A DNA stretch of 57,161 bases, the filler included, from Sphacelaria rigidula (taxonomy: Eukaryota), in the NCBI GenBank assembly GCA_964200075.2. It is 4 parts of 4 records of this genome, joined end to end, with 100 filler letters (N's around TTAATTAATTAA, not from the genome) between each part and the next. Parts side by side here need not be neighbours in the genome. Positions count along the whole stretch, not along the records: positions 42,948 to 57,161 come from CAXNAA020002379.1; 3 more parts are not named here. One strand, 5' to 3'. Below, one piece after another: positions 49,587 through 57,161 of this stretch (positions are counted from its first letter, which is position 1; every line of letters starts with the position of its first letter). Made by a program: the position numbers and the translations under genes. The notes below the pieces were generated by a model. The model had not been told where the DNA came from. It was given only the letters and a program-made list of their open reading frames with translations, and ran no database searches.

Positions 49587-50731
49587 GGCCTCTGGTCTGT
49601 ATGTTCTACCTTGAACAATCAATCTGTACACTGTTCATACACAAATAGCTTGGTCGGCTGCCTGCAAACAGTGCGCTTCGCTAGCGCTTTATGTCGGCTC
49701 TCTCCTGCGCGTGTGGAGTCGAGAATGTAACGTCAACTCTTTGTTCGCGAGGATAGTCCGTTTGCATCATGGACATTTTTCAAGTTGAATTAAAACTGAT
49801 TCAACGGATGTACTATGCTCGCCGTCGAAGGTTCTGTTGATCGCCCCGTGCCGGCAGAAATACGGCGGCTGGGATATGTTTTCGTGGCTCCGCCGCGCGC
49901 GCGATCGATGAAGGGAATGTACACGGGCGAAAAGTACGTGTCGTCACTGGGGAACATGATGCTCGTTGTGCTTATGCTCCTGTACTCGTTCTTATCGCAC
50001 CTGTCTCCAATGGTGTGTGTACGTTGCTCGATACATCAAACACGCATACAACAACGGTGCGCAACGGAAGTCGAACACGGGACATCGTAAGGTTATTCCT
50101 GTAGGATGATATGGAGGCGGGATACTGTTGGAGTCATGCCCCCAGATCCACCACCTGGCGGCTGACGACTATGTAAAGCTTGATACTTCAGGTTGGTATT
50201 GACGCTACAGTATCGGCGACCCACGGCGTGCTGTGCGCCAAGTGAATTGAAATGACAATATTTTGCGGTGATTGCCTCAACAGATCTGTTCGTTTCATTT
50301 TTTAGTGACACTTTCAGAGGGTACGATACCAAACCGCCGCGGTAGCAGCGGCAGATCTTGCGACCGTGGTTCTATAACTCGTTCTGCTCATCGATCGACG
50401 CCCGCAGTAAAACAGGTATCAAGCACCGTTCAGGCTTCCTGGCATGGGTAAGGTTGCTGTCGTCAACGTTCGTATGCCGCCCCGCGCGAAACGTCGCCGT
50501 GACGCCGAGTCAAATAGAACTGTGTCTTCTGGCAAGAACCACTGTGAAGGAGCTCCTCTGGAAGGGGGGCAGCGTCCCATTACAGGCAGGACCAGATCTT
50601 GAGTTGAGGGAATTACGACAGAGTGGCCACCACGGGGGCGGTCGCTTTTGTGTTGATTAATCACCATCAAGATGGAAGTTGTGCGGAGTCGGCTCCTCCG
50701 TTAATGTTGTGAGCATTCGCCAACAAAAACC

Positions 50732-50944
50732 TCAACCCTTGAACCGCGGTGCGGGTAGTCCACCTAGATCACGCACACTTTTTTCAAGTGAAGATTGACG
50801 CCGATTCAGCAGGTGGCCTACCCTCGCAGTCGAAGGGTCGACCCTTCGCCGGGGGGAGGTCGATCATCTGTCGAATCGGCATCAAGCTCACTTGTAAAAA
50901 GTATACATGATCCAAATGGTCTACCTTCACGGTCTAGGCGTTGA
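50732..50944. mobile_element. Inverted (tail-to-tail) pair of piggyBac-like mini-MITEs
   Basis: 50732-50841 matches 15818-15927; 50838-50944 is an inverted copy. Junction palindrome cgaaggg-tcga-cccttcg. Confidence 0.65.
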
Positions 50945-53252
50945 AACCTTTTGCGGTGTTTTTCCAACCGCTCTCGGAATGGCAAAAATAGCAAATTTTT
51001 AATTTTCACGAAAACCGCACAGAGAACGATGGGGGGCGTAACATCCACTATGAACTTTTATCCTCACGGGAACCTAGTACACGCCTTGGCCGGCAATCGG
51101 CCGGCCAGTGACTGTCCAGTGGGCAGGCGGAACCATGTCACGGATACCACGGGTATTCCAGCCCTCCCGAGGTGTGGTTCCCCACGCAAGTACTGCCGGC
51201 TCGAAGCACACAGTACCAATTTTGTCCTGAAGTCGAGTACCAGGACGCATTTCGTATGTGAGGCGCTTTCGACCTACCCACTGCAACGCCCCCCCTTGCC
51301 ATCCGGACGCCTCAGCGTGGGATGTTGTCTGTAGCGTCAGCTTTCCGTACTGATGTACACATGTCCCTTCCAAGGACGTGCGCCGCTCTAACATTAGTAT
51401 ATTCCACATCATAGAGCATGACCGTCTCAAATAAAACCTGCGCCTGAAAAAATATATGTAAACCGCCTCCATATTATGGAAAGAGAGAACAGTAATGAGA
51501 AACACACTCGAAAGGCATGAGTGAGTGTTGAGTACGTATTTACACCGCACACGCAAGAGCGGAAGAGGCGAAGTCTGCGGGTACTGTCGGACCTAGCATG
51601 GTGTGAATGTCGTGAAAGGAACTGTAGCGGTGCAGGGATGGAACTCTTGACCCTTTGATGTCCACCTAGTGAATGGTGTATCATTTTTCTCGCGTCTTCT
51701 TGTCGTGGAGAATGACTCATCAGGATCAGATGTTTATCTTGGGGCGCTCACACTAAGTGGCATCGTTTCGCTCAGACCGTTTTGTGTGTCCGTACGAAAA
51801 ATCTATTAGGAAATAACTGTCTGCTCAAAATGACCAGTGTTTTGAGTCTTGCCGGAAACACCACCAGCACAGCGACAAGCATTGCCAAGTGATCATTCAG
51901 CATGGCGATTTAGTTATCCAACATCCACCGACGTGAAACGTGACAGGACGGTTTATTTGAGACCTGACCACCACAGATCGTCCGTCAAAATAATGAACCC
52001 TCTCCGGAACGGCGCCACCAGGTGTTCGGCGCAACGGCAGGTGTCCCTAAGCGTCGCCGTTGTGTCGCCAGGGTGGGCCATCTGTTGACGCTTGAACTGC
52101 TCCCCCCTGCTCCCCCCCCTCTCCGAGATAGCCTCGGATCGCCTGCGACGCATTTTTGGTTCGGAATAGGTATTTTTTCAAAAGACGACACCCCTCTTTT
52201 TGCGTGAATCCGGAGGTACTGAACACCTGTGAAGAAAGTAGTATCGAGGCACCCCAGCCGGTTCCGAGAGCCAAGTTCACGATACATTTCCGGATTTTCA
52301 TGACTTTCTTCGACCCATGCGTTATACGGAGGGTACGCTTGCTTCCCGGTATGCTGGGATATGCCCAAACAAAAAGGATGCTCGCTCCCTTTGCTGTCGC
52401 AGTTTTGCCACCTTGGGGACCGTGCTGGCACACCTGGAGCATGCTCTGATGTTGCGCTTCATATCACCTTGTTTCAGCTCCCCCGCAATGTAGAGCACGG
52501 GGCCGCGGTACTGTGGCTGCATGATGCTGAAGTACCGTGTGGCATCTCCGCACGGACACGACATCGACAGTTCACGTTTTCCATCAACAACTATAGATAA
52601 CACAGCAGCACAATTTGCGCCGTCGCTGTCCACCGCTGCATACCTTAATGTACGCCGCAGCTTTTCGCTGCGTGCATAGTTTCCCACCGTACAATCACAA
52701 CAACACTTCGATGTGCTATGTCACAACACAGGACGCAGGGTAGCGTTACCCAAATGGTCAGATACGACGTGGCTGCGAGGTGGGTAATTTGTGGGCGTTC
52801 TGGTGGGGAACATCAACACAATTCTGGCCAACCATAACGATCGAAATGGTCAATACCCTATCTTCAGGCTTTGCACTTGCAATCATTTTCCTGAAAATAC
52901 ATTTTTTTGACCTGGGAAGCGTTCGCCAATTATCTGGGAACTCGAAACACACCACACCCATCCCCTCGAATCCCTGCACCGTCAGCCCGCGATATTGTTC
53001 CGAGACGAGGCTCGTGGTCTGAGGGCGACCCCTCGAATCGACCAGGGATGCTTACCCGTTGAAATAACGAGATAACATCGTTTTTCACGTGTTTGTCAGT
53101 ATGAAAAGCCCGTCGGCGGGTCGGCGGGTCGGCGGGCGCTTAGGCCGTGTTGCATGGCTAGCGAATAATCAGGTCCAGAAGTGTGGTTTTGAGGAATGTA
53201 ACGCGTCCTGAACGACCAAGTTTCCGTCGTATATGAAATCTCATACAGTACA

Positions 53253-53257
<5 letters not shown>

Positions 53258-53292
<35 letters not shown>
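53258..53292. repeat. (TG)n microsatellite
   Basis: Seen directly. Confidence 0.95.
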
Positions 53293-53296
<4 letters not shown>

Positions 53297-53828
53297 CGTT
53301 TTGTCGTCCCATCTGTTCTGGGCCCCGGTCTGCAGTACAGCACGAAAAAGCAAGAGTTGCCGGAAAAATCATCTAGCATGAGGAGTTAGTCATGCAGTGA
53401 AGGAGGCAGCGGGATGGACATCAATTTTGTGAATGTACTTGAAGCCAGAACGCCGCAGAGTACACCACAATTCGTTCCGCCGGATAAGTGGAACCCTCTT
53501 CCCTCCAGAGCCATCCACCACAGGCGAATGCTGAGTTTGCTTTTCTTGATGGCTGACTGTAGTAAGGGCCGGTCTTTACCCTTCGACCGCCATGTGGGTC
53601 ATTCAGGTATGGGGCTCCTGTCTGAAGTATAGATGATACCGAAAATTTGGATGTCATGTATTTACTCGTGATGGCGACCTGCAAGCACCAGAGAGGCAAA
53701 GAATCGAGCATCCACTCACCGCTTACGGACATTCGTGCGTGTATGTTTCTCATTTTCCTTTGCGTTTTGTAGGGTTTAGGTCGATTGATTCAGTTGCCGA
53801 CTGCTCGCTCGGCGAATATCATGTCTTC

Positions 53829-54070
53829 TGTGTTGTGTACTGTCATCCCATCTATTCTGGACGCTACAATAGTTTACAGGTTTCGGTATTTGTGGGCGCA
53901 TCAGCCAGGGTCACACAGGAGGAAGGCAAAGACAGAAGTGTTTTTTTTTTCCATATTTTTTTGTAGTACTTCACCTTCCTCCTGCGGTGCTTGCCTTATT
54001 TTTTATTGCGAGAGGGACTCAGCGGTCCCTTTCCCTCGTCGATCGTCAAGTCGAATTTCCGTGGACCCAA
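53829..54070 (-). mobile_element. 5'-truncated copy of the SINE-like element
   Basis: Shares tcccatctattctggacgc, ccttcctcctgcggtgcttgc and cctttccctcgtcga with 49248-49460, but lacks the tRNA head. Confidence 0.7.
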
Positions 54071-54130
54071 CTCGCTACACTCGAGTAGAAAGTCGGTTCA
54101 ACTCCGATTCCTATTCTGATTCAATTTTTG

Positions 54131-54247
54131 TCAACACTTTACCCGCGAGGGTAGGCAATCTGTTGAAGTTGCATCGTTCATCTTATTTTTCGGCTGTGAG
54201 ATGATGCCGATTGAACAGATCACCTACCCTGGCGGTCAAGGGGCTAA
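54131..54247. mobile_element. Palindromic variant of the piggyBac-like mini-MITE
   Basis: Both ends carry the cctaccct(c/g)gcgg terminus, flanked by TCAA and CTAA. Confidence 0.5.
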
Positions 54248-55036
54248 GATACGCCTCAAGACAGGGCTTCACGAAAGTAAATCCTGCCAGGCTGGTCTGA
54301 CGACTGACCCCCCCCCCGCTTTGACGAGAGAAGGACATTGGGAGGATTAGAGTCAAAGTAACGAATAGTCCACGCTTGGCAACCATTTCACGTCCCCTTT
54401 CGCATTTTCATGGGGTTGTTTCTCCGTTCTCTCGAAAATTGTTTGTAAGAATGATGAGAAATGTCGAGTAGCGGAGCAACAATCCGATGAAAAATGCTAA
54501 AAGGAAACGTGAAGGTTGCCACACATTGGGTGTTGCCATCACATTATTCTCATTGTCACAATCTCACGATCGTTTTCGTGTCTCGATAGGACGGGGTCTG
54601 TACCAAGAACGTGACTCGAGCGATTGGTCTCTCAGGCCGTGTCTTATCAAATTGTGGTTAAGAACATGACTGACGTGGGCGTGCCAGATACGAGCGAATT
54701 CAATTCTACCGCACGTTTTCGAGAACGAAAACAGTTTGATGAGCCACGATCTCGAGGCTTGGCGGGATCTGGAATTCGGCAAAATAGAGCGCAACGACCG
54801 TTCATAGGCCATGTGTAGCGACGGTTCAACATTTTCTCTCTTTTTTTCAAGGTTCATTTCAGAGAACCTCCAGAAGCAGCGGTCCGGTTCCATCTCAGGA
54901 GAAATATCTATATATATATATAGATATAAGAGGAACGAAACATCACTGGGCATGGCTATCGAATGATCGATGCCCTCCCGTTTGAAAACCTATGGTCGTT
55001 ACTCTCGAACATCGAGTGAGCAATCCAAGATATGTA

Positions 55037-55576
55037 TGGTAGTGGGTGGTCTAACTACTTATGGGTGTTTTGGGCATCTCCTCTCGTACTACTCTTCGAT
55101 AGAACTCGAAATTGCTAGCGTTGGTAGATTTTGGTACAATAAACAGATCATAGTGCCCAAGTCAGTGTGAGTTGGTGTTATCGGGCAAAACGAGTAAAAA
55201 CCCCGTTCATCAGGAGGGTGTTATTGATCGTGAAACACAGTTTTTCGGCCCTAGTTCAATGAGTAGGCAGAATTTCTGTGAAACAAAACTGTACATTTCT
55301 TCACAAATATGATCGAGACAGGCTGGATCGCCTTGAAATACAAAAGAGTAAGAATCTGACCTGAAACGTGACAGGACCCCCGATGACAGGTCAGCCCTAA
55401 GTAACTCAGTATTGAGTACGGATGATTTTTTTTCTTCTTGGAACGTGGAGCGGATACAAATATCTTCAGATCCCCGATGTGATGACCGGTGGCAAGCAAA
55501 AAGGGCCGGAGAAAATCGCCTATTACGAAAAATTCACGAAATGCCACAAAATGAATAGTTAGACCGCCCACTACTG
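55037..55576. mobile_element. Tc1/mariner-type MITE (~540 bp)
   Basis: 19-bp TIR gtagtgggtggtctaacta (55039-55057) / tagttagaccgcccactac (55556-55574), TA on both flanks, interior homologous to 455-800. Confidence 0.75.
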
Positions 55577-57161
55577 TAGGTTTCCAAGGCCGCGTCAGTC
55601 CCGTACATTCTGTTGACGTTTCTCCGACGTCTGTTTTGGCCATGACTTCCGAACGGTGACGAGTTCGGAGTCAAAGCCGGTGACTTTGTTGTCTCCTTCA
55701 TAGCAGCTGTATGTTCGCCTTTTTCCAGCGGCATCGGACAAGAGTTCGGGTGTCCCGGTGTTGGAGTCAAACCGCGACGGTCACCGTCATCCTCCCGTGT
55801 CTTGGTGTCCTATGATAAAGTGAAGGGATGACTGCAACCAGAGCGCACGGACTCTTGCTTCTATATTCGGTTGGAGGGAACCTACTTTTCGTGCTAGTTT
55901 CTGCTGCTGTTCGTCTTCTATTTGTGCCGGAGACACTTCTTTGGTGTCAGGTGGAGTGGGACCGGCGTCAAGAACGGCCGTGGTGCCCATCATGTTCATT
56001 TGGAGTTCGGCTCGTATACTCCGGTGTACATCGGTTGGGGGTGAAAAAGTTCACTTTTCGACAGTAGAGTTTACCGCTTGGGATGGTGAGAAATTTCTCA
56101 GATAGTTCGACTTGATTTTGGTGTGAACAGCGAAAATCCGGATATTTAATGAGGCCATGCTTCAAGCGTGCTCATAGCTTGCGCAGAACGCGGTTTGGTC
56201 GAAATCGGCGCCTGGGGCGCCGATTAGAGGTCTGTCAACGCGCCCTTTGCCTATGTGACACTCTCCACCCCCTCGCCCGAGGGTTCTCGGTGTGTCTTCG
56301 TTGGGGTCAGGGTTAAGGTTAGTGTTGGTGTTTTAGTTTGTTCGAAGTTATAAGTTTCTGAGAAATTTCTCACCATCCCAAGTGGTGAACTGACCTCCTG
56401 TTTGAACACCCTGGGATGCATATGCTGTGTCGAGAGTTTGTCCGCTGACAGTCACGCGAGCTTTTTTGGAACACGTTTTTTTTTGTAGGCGTAGATATGA
56501 TGTGAGAAGAACATGGTGCCCTTGGCGGGAGTGATACAAAATCACGAGTTTTTATCGCAATCAGATAGACGTGAAGCGACACTCCGCCATGTTCGAGCGA
56601 GGCCAGTGCACCCTCGTCACCCGCTGTGTAGCATCCAGCCGTTGCAACTGTCGGACCGAATCGGGTTGGAGCGATGGATATGGATACCCCCGCTTTACCT
56701 TCGCTACTCACGGCAGGGATTGGTGAGGGTAACAAGCCCACCCCCACGTTTCCACTCCCGTTTCTCGTGTGTGTCGAGTTGTACGTGCTGTACCTAGTGG
56801 GCTGTCTCTCCGGGGTTGGGGTGAGCTATTTGTACGCCTCGGGCACAAAATCAAAATGCGAATCAAATGATACTTGCTCGAGCCGCGCCGCCTACAGCGC
56901 GTACACCTCCCCTCCCCCCTCCCCAATAAGCACCCTCATAAGGCAGAGTGACCCGTTGCTGTATCGGGGAGCGGCGTTACCAGAATATGAAGCCGTTCAT
57001 TCGAGGCTGTCACCCACATGGAAGATGATCAGTACCCTCCGGGCTGAATAATCCTAGCAGGATGCAGCTGTTATAATCGCCAAACACGTGACGGCGATTC
57101 GCGCTTGGTGATTGATTGTGAGCCTGGTCCGGCGAAAATCCGGTGTGCTCCGTCCCGGCTT

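Overview
Eukaryotic, intron-rich, repeat-rich genomic DNA of roughly 50% GC. Gene architecture, A/C-rich splice acceptors and repeat style suggest a stramenopile, probably a brown alga (inference, not proven). It is a stitched scaffold: three 100-nt N gaps, each with an artificial TTAATTAATTAA linker, split it into four contigs, so adjacency across gaps is unproven. Most short six-frame ORFs are noise; the real genes are spliced. Best-supported gene: a ~15-exon GT41 glycosyltransferase (OGT/SPINDLY/COG3914-like) at 1879-10605 (+) whose first exon looks like a signal peptide. This is the most unusual observation, because characterised GT41 enzymes are nucleocytoplasmic. Also present: the 3' part of a probable protein kinase-like gene (- strand, 28232-22889), an intronless orphan ORF (35361-35966), a 4-exon unknown gene (37276-38827) and a partly resolved gene starting at 43580. 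The rest is a decayed Ty1/copia element, a decayed hAT-like transposase, tRNA-derived SINE-like repeats, several MITE families, long inverted repeats and minisatellites. I found no CRISPR array, rRNA, intact tRNA or prokaryotic-style system.
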